A stretch of DNA of 63,981 nucleotides, counting the filler, from Trypethelium eluteriae (taxonomy: Eukaryota), in NCBI GenBank assembly GCA_051942245.1. It is 3 parts of 3 records of this genome, joined end to end, with 100 filler letters (N's around TTAATTAATTAA, not from the genome) between each part and the next. Parts side by side here need not be neighbours in the genome. Positions count along the whole stretch, not along the records: positions 44,009 to 63,981 come from JAVECL010000506.1; 2 more parts are not named here. The stretch is one strand, 5' to 3'. Positions 49,853 to 62,665 of this stretch are shown one piece after another; position 1 is the first letter of the stretch; each line of letters opens with the position of its first letter. Below the pieces are notes generated by a model. The model was not told where the DNA came from. It saw nothing but the letters and a program-made list of their open reading frames with translations, and did no database searches. A program made the translations under genes and the position numbers.

Positions 49853-50890
49853 TCAACCAGGAGGTAGCAGACTCTGATCTACGACATCTTGCGCCTCCTT
49901 TTCTTCGACTTCTGTCGGGCTTTCCAGGGGCGTTCGTGGTAATGCCATGAGACCTGTAGAGGAGTTAATATTGTCTCCTGAACAGTGCGTACTGCCCAGC
50001 TCACCTGTCCTTGAAGACTCGAGTATGCCAAATGGTGCGATCAGCTTCATAAAGCTGTCAATGCGGCTAGGTTTTGCACTCAGCTCAACAATACAGTTGC
50101 TCGTGCTAATGTCCAAAACTTTGCCTCCGAACTGGTGTGTCAAATATGTGATATCTTTCAAATGCTGGTTTTTAAGCCTCAGAGCTTCGCTTGCTGCTAA
50201 TTTGCTAGGATGAAAATCTTTTCTGATTCTTTCTAGCTGTTCCCGCTCAATGGCAGCTTGCTCTTCAAGTGTTCTTTCGTCTATCTGGGTCTGACCACCG
50301 TCGGCCGTCGTCATTTCTCGATGATGGGCCATGAGTTCCTCAAAGTATTCGGGACCCAGAATGCTGAGCTTAGCCAGTAGCAATTCGCGCTGAACAAGAG
50401 GAGCTTGGGTATAATCCAACACAGCCCAAACGGGGACGAGGTCTTCTAGTTGCCTGCGAGCTTGCTCCACGACACCGTCTTGACCCTGCAACACAATTGT
50501 CATCCGAGACAAATCTTCTACCTCAGTATTGCACACAACCAGACTGTCGATATTGAAACCTCGTGCGGCAAGAATACCGGACACTCGTGATAGGACACCT
50601 GGCTCGTTTTGAACCAGGCAATTGAGAACATGGCGGGTTGGAGGAGCTTGCGGGGGAAGAGGAGTCTCGTAGAGGATGCTACTGACGGCAGCGGGAGCGT
50701 TCCAAGCTGGCGTATCTGTCGTGGGTAGAGGAGATATTCTACTCCGGTGGAGAGCTTTGTATGCTATAGCGGAGGTAGACGAGGAGTTTTGGGCGCGAAC
50801 TTTAGTGAGTGAAGGTCGATATGGCCGTTTGTATGCGCATCTTGAGGCCGACCACAAGGGCAGAGCTGTACACGCTCGCCGGGCCGCCAT
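49853..50890 (-). CDS. ILV6: Acetolactate synthase regulatory (small) subunit, mitochondrial
   Basis: HVLNCLVQNEPGVLSRVSGILAARGFNIDSLVV, RELLLAK, C-terminal LLPPG; in-frame intron ~49955-50005. Confidence 0.96.
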   Translation of the reverse strand: MAARRACTALPLWSASRCAYKRPYRPSLTKVRAQNSSSTSAIAYKALHRSRISPLPTTDTPAWNAPAAVSSILYETPLPPQAPPTRHVLNCLVQNEPGVLSRVSGILAARGFNIDSLVVCNTEVEDLSRMTIVLQGQDGVVEQARRQLEDLVPVWAVLDYTQAPLVQRELLLAKLSILGPEYFEELMAHHREMTTADGGQTQIDERTLEEQAAIEREQLERIRKDFHPSKLAASEALRLKNQHLKDITYLTHQFGGKVLDISTSNCIVELSAKPSRIDSFMKLIAPFGILESSRTGELGSTHCSGDNINSSTGLMALPRTPLESPTEVEEKEAQDVVDQSLLPPG

Positions 50891-51122
50891 TGTAAGTGAA
50901 GGTACGGGAGATGCCAAAGGCGGCTTCGCGTTTGGTCGTGTCGGTCTGTGGAGTGAATTACGAGCCGCGAGATCGGAGCTTTCCAGAATTTTGTCACCGC
51001 CTAGCTCGCTTCATGCAGCTAACTTCCCACCTCCGCAGGTGATCTTCCCGAGCTTCCCACAGTTTCATTTCCCATCACGGCGAGCTTCAAAGCCAACTCC
51101 AACAATTCTTTAGCTCATTACT

Positions 51123-53106
51123 ATGGCCGAAGAACCTCGCAAGCGATCTCGCTTTGATCAGACCGAGCCCGATCCACGACGCCAGTCGCGATTCGATCGC
51201 CGGTCACGCTCGCCTGCGCCAGGAAGCTCTGAGACTCGGCGTAGCAGAAGCCCAACGCGCGATACAGAGAGCCCTGCTACTTCTGACAAGAAAGATGCCG
51301 CGTCGGCGGCTGCAGCGGCGGTAGCAAAGATAAATGCTCAGATCTATTCGAAGAAGGGTATCCAACATGTGGATGTCCCTCCAATACGATCTGTATAGCT
51401 CTCTTCGCCACAGAAATGAGACCTTGACTGACGCTATTGCTTCTAGCCAGCGACTCCTGCCACCGCGAAGTCTCCATCGGCGGGCGAAGATGGCAGCGGT
51501 GAGGTGTATACACAAGATGGCGACTACATCAAAGATATCGAGGTCAACGACTTGCGCAATCGCTATACACTGACCAAAGGATCAACACAGAAGATGGTAA
51601 ATATTTCTGTCATAGCCCACTGATCTTCCAGGCATCTCTCTTCAAACCAAGCCTTGACTAGGCTCAGGGTACCCTTCCTCTTCTTGCTGTTGTTCAATGA
51701 GAAAGCCTATAAGCTCACTACTAGCATTTCAGCAACCCAACTACCCCATTTTGCATCTGCTAACCGCTGCCGTGTGACATCTAGATCAAAGAAGAAACTG
51801 GCGCCGGTACGCATACTTAACCATAGAACAATTTAGGAGACCATGCTTATGTGTGAAAAGATGTCACCACCCGAGGCAGTTACTATCCGGACAAGAGCAT
51901 GGCCACCGCAGCCGTAAGTAACCTTCTTTTCCCCTTCTTTCATTGTCTGAACGGCTATGCATTGACGACGATGATCTCAGAATCCTCCGCTCTACCTTCA
52001 CGTAACAAGCACAACGAAAGACGGACTCGAAAAGGCAACTGCAAAGATTAATGAGCTCATGCAACAGGAACTACCGAACCTGGTTGATGAGCGACGGTTC
52101 CGGAAGCGAGAGCCTGAACAGGTTGAAAGAGATGAGTCCGGCAGGGTGAGTCTGCCAACAGTGAACCATTACTTCAATTGCAGCAAGCTTATCGCACACA
52201 GAGGAAATGGCCAGAGGAGAAGATCCCAATTGATCTTGAGCCGATCTCAGGATTTAACCTTCGCGCGCAGGTCGTCGGGACTGGTGGCTCATATGTGAAA
52301 CACATCCAGCAGGAAACAGGATGCAGAGTGCAGATAAAGGGACGTGGTTCAGGATTCATCGAGCGCGACGGACGCGAAAGTGATGAGCAGATGTATCTGC
52401 ACGTTGCGTATGTTTACTCGAAGTAGCTGGGCCCTTAAACTTGCTAATTCAAGGTAGCGCCCCAGATCCCGAGCAGGTCAAGCGTGGTACTCAGCTTTGC
52501 ATCGACTTACTTGAGTCCGTCAAGAACAATTACGAAGAACACAAGAAGTCTCACTCGCAAAGAAATTACGGCGGTGGTGGCGGATACCGCAACGGAGGCT
52601 ACAACAACAATCAGGATCGTGGAAGCTATGGTGGTGGATACGGCAGTGGATACGGCAGTGGTTATGGCAGCGGTTACGGAGAAAGCCAATCGCCTGGCAA
52701 TCCTTCAACTACCCCGGGCGCACCTGGTGCGACTGAAGGCGACTATTCTGCGTGGGCTCAGTACTATGCGCAGCACCCTGAATTGGATCCTTACGCACAG
52801 TATGGAGGCTTCGCAGCTTACATGAACTGGTACTATGGATGGGCACAGCAGCAAGGGGAGCAAGGTGGGCAGCAAGCTCAGCAAGCACCTCCAGGAGCTT
52901 CTCCTGGAGCACCCGGCGGTGATGTTCCACCCCCACCACCAGCTCCAGCCAATGCGCAAGCACCGCCTCCACCACCCCCGCCAAGCTCTGGATCCCAGTC
53001 TTACAGTTACGGTGCAGTAAGCTCATCAAACCCCTAGCATGCACAGAATGTTTGCAGATATCAATTATTGACTTCCTCTTAGGTTCCTCCGCCTCCAGGG
53101 ATGTGA
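51123..53106 (+). CDS. KH-domain RNA-binding protein (KHDC4/BLOM7-like), multi-exon
   Basis: IEVNDLRNRYTLTKGSTQKM|IKEETGA|DVTTRGSYYPDK|NPPLYLHV, FNLRAQVVG..YVKHIQQETGCRVQIKGRGSG; Gly/Tyr- and Pro-rich tail. Confidence 0.9.
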
Positions 53107-53857
53107 ATACCCAAAGTGCCGGCGATGGGAAAGAGAATCGAGTTCTTAGGTGATGGTGGTGATACAGGTAATTAGTAAAGTCACGGAGATTGAAGCAAGC
53201 TTGTTCCATGCATACGGAGGAAGCTGAGTGTAATGGGGCTATCACTCTTTCTGAACCTTGTTCTATAGGCTAGCCCTATTACAAAGACCTGCTCCCTTGG
53301 TTCAGCACACATGGGCTTTTGGTCTATAGTTTGCTGAACCTTTGCGGATGCACAAATCGGGCGCTGCAGTTTCCAGAACGCTTTGTAACTCACTTGAGAG
53401 AATATTAGGGTTCCACTCCGGAGAGTTTAGGGTTGTCACAGTTTTTCGCCCGTATTGCACAGCCTCCTCTATTTTGCATCGACTCTCCATGGGTACCCCT
53501 GTTGCCCTGGTGGCAAGATGATGATAGCCCAGCAGCCGAAATTGCATGTTTCCAAAGACTTCTTGCGACTTTTTGGGTATAATAGTTTTGTATAGACTGA
53601 GCGACTTGATCAATAGCGTTTCGGCACTGTATCACCTATCGCGCCAAAGCCGCAGGAACATTGGAGCAAGGTACATAGGAGTCTAAGCACCCACGCCACC
53701 CCACGTCGGTCTCACGGTCTCCTAAAGCCTTTGACCTTTGTCTGAACAAGATGTTGACCACGTTTCAGTTAAACCCCAAGAGCTCGTTCTACCAAATTGA
53801 TCAGTCGTCAGAGTCCCGCTACGTAACATCTCGGTCCATCGACAGACAATTCACTCC

Positions 53858-55099
53858 ATGACGACTCTTCCACAGCATCTGCAGATTATTAACTCATCTC
53901 ATTGTCACAGCGAGGATGCTAAATTTAGTCCATTCTCCAAGCTTCCGCCGGAGATTCGATTGCGTATATGGACACACTCATTAGAACGGCACCGCCTGGT
54001 AGAAGTTGAGGTAGCAATTGAGGAAGACCTTCCCTCGGACTCTGGGGGAGCGCGTCCATACTCAACTCAAAACGCGCTCAACAAGTTGATAAGTGGGCGT
54101 AATTACACCGCCACCGTACAAGCCCTTCAATTGAATAGCAAGCTATTGCGTGTGACTAGCGAGTCTCGTAACGCGGCGCTCAGCTTCTATCGTGTTCATA
54201 TTCCATGCCACCTCCAAGCGTCCAAGGAGAGAATACAGGGAAATGCGGCACCGTCGATGAGAACGGCGAAAGCTACAAAGTCAATTTTCTACTTCAATCC
54301 CGAATATGACTTCATCCATTTGAGTAAACAAGGGCCCGCGAAGCATACCTTTGTCGACTTCCTACATGACCTCAAAGCCTATGATCCACGGGATGTTGGT
54401 CTACTCAACTTGGCTCTCGACACCAACGGCATGTCTCTAGGGCTACATGCCGTGAACGAAGTTTCTGAAGCTCCTGCAAAGGCGAGCTTCATCGATACGT
54501 TATCGCGGCTCCAGGAAATCATCTGGGTTGCTGAGTCCCACACGGGACGCGCAATCATGGGACCGGGGGTTGGTTTCTACAGCTTTGGAGTCCGATTCAA
54601 TCATTCAATGCCCATCAAGGCGATCACGCCGTCCTTCGATCTCCTTGGACGAGACCCAAGACCGGTGGGGCCAGAATTGGACTTTATCCTAACGGGATCC
54701 AGTGACCCACGACAGCTACGTGTGTACTGGCAAGAGCTGTTGAGGAGTTGGGGCATTCGTCGGGCACTCCCGGTTAGAGAACGGGTTCTTTTCGCCTACG
54801 ACTCTCCTGTTTATCAGCAGCAGGTTTATGATACCAAGACTGCGAATAAGCTCTTAACTGAGGAACAGGACCACTGGCTAGCATCACAACAGCATTGGCA
54901 TAGATTCACTATTTCATGTGCTGGAAAAATCCCAGTCGAGGGGCCAGAAGAGCTTGCGAAAGCCGTGAAACCAGCTATTGGGTTCTGGTTATTTCCTGCC
55001 GAGGCTTTAGGCCCTCTTGAAGGCGAACTGTGGCACATGAAAAAGGTTTTTGATATGACGAACTGTTGGCCTGAGTTAGCATTGTCGAATCTTTCTTAG
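53858..55099 (+). CDS. 2EXR-domain (F-box-like) protein
   Basis: FSPFSKLPPEIRLRIW, LLRVTSESRNAALSFY, FYFNPEYD; intronless 413-aa ORF. Confidence 0.8.
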   Translation: MTTLPQHLQIINSSHCHSEDAKFSPFSKLPPEIRLRIWTHSLERHRLVEVEVAIEEDLPSDSGGARPYSTQNALNKLISGRNYTATVQALQLNSKLLRVTSESRNAALSFYRVHIPCHLQASKERIQGNAAPSMRTAKATKSIFYFNPEYDFIHLSKQGPAKHTFVDFLHDLKAYDPRDVGLLNLALDTNGMSLGLHAVNEVSEAPAKASFIDTLSRLQEIIWVAESHTGRAIMGPGVGFYSFGVRFNHSMPIKAITPSFDLLGRDPRPVGPELDFILTGSSDPRQLRVYWQELLRSWGIRRALPVRERVLFAYDSPVYQQQVYDTKTANKLLTEEQDHWLASQQHWHRFTISCAGKIPVEGPEELAKAVKPAIGFWLFPAEALGPLEGELWHMKKVFDMTNCWPELALSNLS

Positions 55100-56024
55100 C
55101 TTTGAACTCTACCCAATGTCCTAGGATCGTCATTCGTATATTCATATGAACGTTGATGTTGGTAACGAGATCCTTAATAGGCAAAGGTGCCTGTGGAATA
55201 TTGTGAGCGGATTATCAAGAACGTTATGGAAGACAGACACGCAGAAGAAGCGAAGACCAATACGAGCTCTGTTAGCACCGCCTCGCTCAATACTCCCGTG
55301 AAAAGTGAAAGCTACCAGCCAGTCAGGTAGGATGACGACGATCTTCTGTGAGTGAGGCGACGTGATCTTTTCTTCATAGTAGCAACACCGCAGTACTCTG
55401 AGAAACTCCAGGTCACTCGCGCGTCTCTACCGGTATGTCATCATTCAGTGTATGCTAAGGTTATTGTAACAACTAAAAAGCCAAGATCTCGTCTATCATC
55501 CGAACGGGCAGGACTCCCTGCTCCTGATCCTGCCTCTAGGTGGGGTAGGTACAGCTGGGAGCTCACCAAATCATAAAGGTAATCGCTTAGACATTATTCA
55601 GAACCCGATCTCTTCAGAGATGCGCTGTGAGTAGGAACTTGTTGACGAGCGGAGGAGTAAAACTCCACTTCAAGTAAAATAAACATGTGCTGCCGCCGCT
55701 CGGCACGTCTCTTGTATGCGCGGAGAATTGACCGCTCGAAATATTCTAATGAGGGAGGGAGTTGGAAGTGGGAAAAATAGCGAGGAGAAAAGAAAAGAGG
55801 AAAGAGCAAAGACAAAAGATATTGTTGGACGAACTGGGACTGCTTTGTGCGTCAGTTTTGTGACTGTTAATTATGTCGGGTTATCTTACATCGAAGCCAA
55901 GACCACCTCCATGCTAAAAAAGTATTATACCATCAAGTTAAAGCTCATTATCATTTTTGTACAAATTTGCTTCGACACCCTAGACGCTCTTCTACGCTAG
56001 CCATTGTATGCGTCTCAGCCTTGC

Positions 56025-57257
56025 TTATGCCTTCAAAAAAAGATCGATCCAAGAGCTGTTCCCATCCAATGCCTTCCTAATAATAGCCTCACCAAGTTCT
56101 GCCACGCCTCTCATTTCTACCCAGGTAGAAGGGCACTCTAGGAGCTCGACGTGTGACCATAGGCACAGCTGCACGCCTATGTGCACAGCAAGTTTCATTC
56201 GAAATTCAAAATTCGGCTCGGCAGCATGCAGGTAGGCTTTGAGAAATGCGTTTGCAAGACCACGATGACGCTTCGACCCGACCTTGAATCTGTCAATAGT
56301 CCAAGCCTCGGCAGCGAACCGGCCTGCATCCGTTGCTCCTGATCCGCGCCGAACATTTTTCCAATCTACGACCATCAGGGGAGGCGTCAGATCAGCTATC
56401 TCATCATAATAGTATGGGTCAAGATTTTCTGGTCCTTGTCCGCGATCGTATCCCCTATCTTTGCCGGGGTCAGGGATGGGGAGCAGTCCTGCTCCATCTG
56501 CTACCACTACTCTCCGAGGAGAAAAGTTGCCCATACACACGCACTCGTTATCCGTCCTGAGAAAGCCTTTATAAGCTTCTGCTACCCGATCCCCAATGGA
56601 ATTGTCCAGGGAGAAACAGGCCAGAGCAGTGGTTACCCTGGCGTACTGAGAGCAGACAACCTCTCTTGCGTCCGTATTGCCATCAGGACCAATATCCAGA
56701 TACCGAGTTGAGCGGTGTAAGTAGTTGAGCCATCTGCCGAGCCTAATACCGATGTCTCGAATACGCCTGCTTGGTGTGTTCTGGTACATCTTTTCGACAG
56801 TATTCTTGTTCAAAGCAGGCTCGCCATGGCATGAAACGACAAGCGCATGAGTATCGATGCCAGTCCGATGGATAGTTGGAGGTCTGATGTTGAGACCTAG
56901 AGTTGAGATTTTGAGATTTTCGGATATGCCCTCGAGCGCTCTGATTTCAAATTGCTGACGCTCGTGTGCCTTCCTGTTGCATTCTTGGATATCAGTGGAG
57001 CCCCCAACATTGGCCCCTTGAGATGCATTATAGTACTTGTGAAAAGTATTCGATAAGGTACCTGTCATGTCTAGGTAGAAGAGGCGATATATGTGACGTT
57101 GATTGTCGGTGATGTGTTGATGTATGGGGTAGTTGTGGTAATCGAAGCCAAGCCAAGAGATTGAAGATTGAATATTGGAGCAAGGAGCCTTGATGGGAAG
57201 GACTGTCCAAGACCTTAGCATGCCATCTTTCTGAGAACTTCGTTGAAGCCCCCACAA
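56025..57257 (-). CDS. APH/methylthioribose-kinase-like phosphotransferase fold, probably inactive; start uncertain
   Basis: ERQQFEIRAL, IGIRLGRWLNYLH, CVCMGNFSPRRVVV, VVDWKNVRRGSGATDAGRFAAEAW, AVHIGVQL. Confidence 0.7.
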   Translation of the reverse strand: MWGLQRSSQKDGMLRSWTVLPIKAPCSNIQSSISWLGFDYHNYPIHQHITDNQRHIYRLFYLDMTGTLSNTFHKYYNASQGANVGGSTDIQECNRKAHERQQFEIRALEGISENLKISTLGLNIRPPTIHRTGIDTHALVVSCHGEPALNKNTVEKMYQNTPSRRIRDIGIRLGRWLNYLHRSTRYLDIGPDGNTDAREVVCSQYARVTTALACFSLDNSIGDRVAEAYKGFLRTDNECVCMGNFSPRRVVVADGAGLLPIPDPGKDRGYDRGQGPENLDPYYYDEIADLTPPLMVVDWKNVRRGSGATDAGRFAAEAWTIDRFKVGSKRHRGLANAFLKAYLHAAEPNFEFRMKLAVHIGVQLCLWSHVELLECPSTWVEMRGVAELGEAIIRKALDGNSSWIDLFLKA

Positions 57258-60001
57258 CGTAAGTGGAAAGTAGTCGACAAGATTTGGTAACAGCTAAGGT
57301 ACCTCTTGCGTATTCTGAGGCGCACAACATGGAGAGAGGTAGAAAGTGTTCCCAACGGAAGGAGAAGACAGACAAATCTTGTCTTGAGTTTCTTCTAATT
57401 CCCATCATCATCTCTTAAACTTGGGCATTTCCTCACAATCGATAGCAGAGCAGTCTGCAGAATATAGTATTCATATTTCTCCTCTACGCAACCCGGGAGA
57501 CCTGTGACTACCATAAAATTCAGAGAACGCGACGGGATTCCTTTGCTAGCCCAATTGGCAAGAAAGATACATCTCGGGTGCAGAAGGCTCAGGATCTTGC
57601 TGGGGGCCTTCTATGTCGTATAGGCTGAGGTAGGAAATGTGAGGTAGGTCATGTGGGGTAGGCCATAAGAGGTCGTGTAATCGGTTCTTAATTGACGTTC
57701 TACCGCTTTTTTCCTCCATTCCTTGGACATGGACAGAGTTTGCTGAGGGACCTTAACACGCATAGGGTCTAAAAAATTAGCCCCATCCAGTAACACCGTC
57801 ATTCCTTGTGTCAGCCTTTGATCCATTCGGGCAATTGAACAACGTCATGATACCTAACCGGGGGCGAGCTCTCAAGTTACCACTTCAATTGCGAGCATAT
57901 ACCAGATCAAGAAGGTCCAGATATTGATAGTCAAGGCAAACTGATATACATGTTCCAGCTGCAGAGTAGGCGATCTCAGGAAGGAATCCGGTGTGGGGTA
58001 GCTGAGGGCTCTGTAATGCTGGCCCAGGTTAAGAGTGGAGGTCAAGGTGTCCACTAGAGCGGTAAAAACCAAAGATGTTTTTTGTCACTTCCCTGATCTA
58101 CCATGGTACATAGCGCGCAGAAGTGTCTGGTCCATCGCATAAAACAACCGAAACTCTACTAGCGGATGATCTCCATGGACTGGCAATTGACACGAACTGG
58201 GGTGCTATAAAATGTATTAAGAATAAGGTAGGACTCGAATCTTAAGTGAAAAGGTGGATTTGTGTCGAACTTATGAGGTAGTTCTGGATTAGGTAGTTGC
58301 AGTAACTGTGTGGAGACATTGCAGCGCCGAAAACCCAAGCGAAAATGACATCACTGGTAACATCATCGGCCTACTTGCTGTCAGCGAATTTGAAGAGTCT
58401 CATATTTCCCCTCTGATGGGATGATGGCTTTGTGCTTGGACCAAGATGGAAGCGGGATAGGCGTGCAGATCCCGTCACAAGGCCCGTTTATCAGGATCGC
58501 CGGTACAGTGACAGCTGTGGTAGCTGCCGTGAACAGCCGTACGGAGGGAGTAAGGAGTGAGGCAACAGCTCTAGATACCTTACGCCGTACTCTGCCAGGT
58601 ATCCACGGTGCCTGAGGTACGCACCGTACGGGTGTTGGCGTGTTACGGCAGGTACTTTAGCACCGTTTAGTGGGTGGGTCATCAGCCGAAGCAGGTAATC
58701 GACACCTTGGGTTAATCCTGTTAACAATCAAAGGATCTTGGAATAGATTCCCTCCGGCCACGCCGGATCCCCGGTTGTGGCACTGTGGGGAACGGCTAAG
58801 GTTAGTTTGTGGCTTAGACAGCTGACTCCCCCCGTATTCTCTCCACCTCCCATGCTCTGATCCCCTATTCTCCTGTCCACGTACATTAGTCGTCTACTGC
58901 ATGCTTGCCTCCTGCAATCAACTGCTGTGGGCTCTCACCAGCAATGATTGGGCTTGGAAGGCGTCTGACGTCCACGCTATGCGGCTTCGCCCGCAAGTTT
59001 CAGTCGACTCGGTCCTTGCTCTATAATGCGTTAACAGGACTGGACAACCTCCTGGGCGCGTACATGCAATATCCAGGTTGTTTGTGCGGCGGAGAGCGCT
59101 TCCTTGGAAATCTACTCCCGACTTTCGAGCGGCGAGTGGCTGTACGGGAGTCAACGATTCAGCTTCTAGCCCATGTCCGCCTTTTCTTGCTGGCGGACGC
59201 GCTGTTTTCGTGTCGATAACCGGTAGGTCGCATCCTGAGCCACCTCGCTCATTTCTTCTTGCTCCACGATTCCTCCAGCGTAATGCTGTAATTTTCACTT
59301 CCGCACGAGACCGCCAATCGTGATCGGCACTCCATGGGGCTCACTCCGCACATCAAACTGGGTCACCCTTGGCGCGTCAAGTGATAAACAATTCTCCTAA
59401 TGATCGTCACCACTCCCGTACCCAACGCTCGTCCACAAGGTTTCAACTCCAAGGTCAGAGCTCTCCATTCTTACCCTTTTCAGTCATTTCTACACGGCCT
59501 GGATCCTTTGAGCAAGGATCTGAGCCCAACCTGTGCTCTCCATCCCCAGGTTCCCCAGCCCCATGTCCGCAATGCCAAGTCTTGCTACTTTTCGTCTACT
59601 TTTCGAGTAATAAGGAGATTCGCACACCCTGCCCGGTCCACACCGAGACGATCTATTCCAAGTACCCTACGTAGCCTGCCTACCGTTCCCTCACCCAGTA
59701 TCAATGCGTGTGTATCAAGCATGCATGGTCTATGAGACCCGGTCTGGTGGGTCGTTTCCTTCAGTCGAACTCGTGCCACTGGGAGGCTATAGACTGCTTG
59801 AGACTCTTTATTTACCTACAGCCCCCGTCCTCGTACTTTTTTCTTCAGCGCGTCATCACTTTCCTTGACCTCAACCTCATATTTTTCTCTCCTCAACTCT
59901 CCGTAACTCTCCCTATCTTTAACTTCTCCTTTCGAGTCATAGATCTCATTATCCATTGTCAGCTGTCAACTGCGTCTTTCATTCCGGATTGATAATTCAC
60001 A

Positions 60002-62665
60002 ATGACGCGATTCCGGGCCATCATTGGCGTCACTGTTGCATTTTTTGTGCTAAGCACTTTGGTGGCTGCTCAGACTTTCACCCCAGTCTTACCCCATTCC
60101 TATCCATTGGCAGTTCGTAATCCTTACACGTCCAGTAAGTAAACACGATTTCAGTCTTGACATACTGAAGCTTACCGGAATGTAGCATGGCTTCCTGGTG
60201 ACCAGGCTGCTCACTTGCCCTCCGCTACCCCTCAATTCTGGTCTGGGGGTGGTATTACCTGGTCTGTCCTAGCTCGAGTTGACGGGACTACCTATAGCCT
60301 TTTTGGTGCGCCTGGCGGCCCACAGGCTGCCAATGTACTTGGTGGTGCCTACACTTCCACCAGGAGCACGTTCACACTCTCGGCCGGTAATGCACTCTTC
60401 ACTTTGGATTTTCTTTCCCCTGTGGCTCCCAACGACTACGTACGTCAAAGCTTGCCTTTTGCATACTTGACAGTAGCTGCTTCTCCCCGTAGCGGCCAAT
60501 CGGCTTCGATTCAGATCTACACAGACATTGATGATTCTTGGCTTGGAATTGACTCCGATGTCTCCTATAATCTCTCAACCACTGGTGCCACTTCGCTTTT
60601 CCAATGGGTTGCTAATGATCAGACAACATATCTTCAGAGTCAAAGTGAGCAGGCTCTGTGGGGCACCGTTGTTTATGCGTCTCAGCCAGGATGTGACGAT
60701 GCAAACCTCACGGCGGCTACTGGAGCCATGTCCGATGTTCGTGGTCAATTTACGTCCTCGGGATCCCTTGATGGTTCTACTCCGGGATGGGCTTCTGGTA
60801 GTGTGACCGCCTTCTCACACGATCTTGGAAGTGTCAGGAATGGAGGGAGCAACGTCACCTATGCCATCGGTGTCGCTCGCGATCAAGTTGTGAGCTTTCT
60901 TGGCGCGGACTGGACTCACTATTACCGAGCTACTTATGCTGATACACCGTCGGCTGTAGATCACTTCCTCAATGACTATAGCTCTGCAAGTGCGGATTCT
61001 CAAGCGCTTGATGCTGCTATTGCTGGCGCGGCCAATTCTGCTGCAGGTGCCAATTACTCGGATATTGTTACTCTGTCGGTTCGTCAAGCGTACGCTTCCT
61101 GCGATTTTAGTATATCCGATGACTCCAAAAACACTTCAGACCCTTTGATCTTCCTAAAGGAGATTAGTAGTGATGGAAACGTCAATACTGTCGATGTTCT
61201 CTACCCCATTTTCCCTATATTCTACGTTCTCAATGCAGCCAGCATCAGGTATATTACCGAACCAGTAATTCGTTTTCTTGAGATTGGTCAATGGAACGAA
61301 TCCTATGCCTGTCACGATATTGGCTCTGCTTATCCTGTAGCCGATGGACATCTCGTTGGTCAGGAGTTCATGCCTGTTGAGGAATCGGCAAATCTCTTGA
61401 TATTGGCATCTCTGTATGCAATGTCTACACGCGACACAAATTGGTCCTCGAGCCATGGAACTCTGTTCAGGACTTTGGGAGATTTTCTCGCAGGCAATGC
61501 TACCAACGAGGCAGCACAATATTCCAGCGATGACGGCCTTGGGCCACTCGCCAACCAGACTACTCTTGCTATCAAGGCCGCTGTAGGACTGAACGCTATC
61601 GGTGCTATGTTCAATTCTAATAATTATACACAAGCTGGAGGTCAGCTCGCCAATCTACTATACAATCAAACCATGGGTACAGATGCTGAACGGACTCACT
61701 TCACCCGTATCTATCCAAATATGACAAACTCCTGGACGATGGCATACAACATGTACCCCGACAAAGTACTCAGGCTCAATACCTTTCCACAGGCGGCTTA
61801 CGATATGGAGAGTTCCTACTATCCCACCGTCCGTGCGACCGCCGGTGTTCCACTTGACGATACAACCGATTGGACAAAGAGTGACTGGATGATGTGGAGC
61901 GGCGCCATCGCTAGTCAGGATACCAGAAATATGATGGTTAATGACCTGCATCAATACATCACCACAACCATAGACAGCGTGCCTTTCAGCGATCGCTTCT
62001 TCGTCTCTCACGAATTTGGCAATGCTACAAATGGCTATTACGATTACAAGGCTCGACCGGTTGTCGGCGGACACTTCGCCATTCTTGCTCTTGCCAATGG
62101 TGCCAACTCCATTGATAGCCGATCATCTCCAGGATCAAGCGCCTGCGCCGGTGGATCCCCTAGTGGTGGCTCTTCTTCCACGACACGGGCATCAAGTTCA
62201 TCAGGGTCAGCATCTTCTGCAACTGCTCCTCCGTCGAGCGTGTCCTCCGCATCGGGGTCCTCTGCGTCTGCATCTACGTCAGCAGCTTCATCTGCCTCGG
62301 CGTCTGCATCAAGCGCATCCGCTCCGACGAATACTGCGACTCCGACGTCGCCGGCAACAATTTCTGCCCCCAACCCTACTAACTCTATTTCAGGCACCGC
62401 GGACACATCCACAGGCACCTTCCCTTCGCCTAGTTCTCTCGTTTCGTCGGACGCTGTTACGACTGTGATCGTCTACACCACGACGACTGTCTGTCCTTCG
62501 GGTCAGACTGTGACACAGGAAGGCGGATCGACGAGTGTGTTGAAGGCGCCGAGTATTTCGACGTATCTTGCGACTGCGACACATGTTTCTGATACCACGG
62601 TGTTTGCGACTACTTTCACGACGGACTATATGACGGACATTGCTTACACAACTGTGACCGCTTAG
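60002..62665 (+). CDS. gtaA: Secreted glutaminase GtaA-family protein with Ser/Thr-rich C-terminal tail
   Basis: Signal peptide, PHSYPLAVRNPYTS|AWLP, RQSLPFAY, FLKEISSDGNVNTVDV, HDIG..YP, MPVEES, WTKSDW, ARPVVGGHFA; intron ~60135-60185. Confidence 0.92.

Noticed and set aside
52631..52680. 12-nt tandem repeat GGATACGGCAGT
   Set aside because: It is an ordinary GYGS coding low-complexity repeat within the KH protein.
57420..60000. 2.6-kb spacer with short ORFs and a GC hairpin near 58757-58781
   Set aside because: No coherent gene, tRNA or repeat structure; consistent with a long promoter and pyrimidine-rich 5' region of gtaA.
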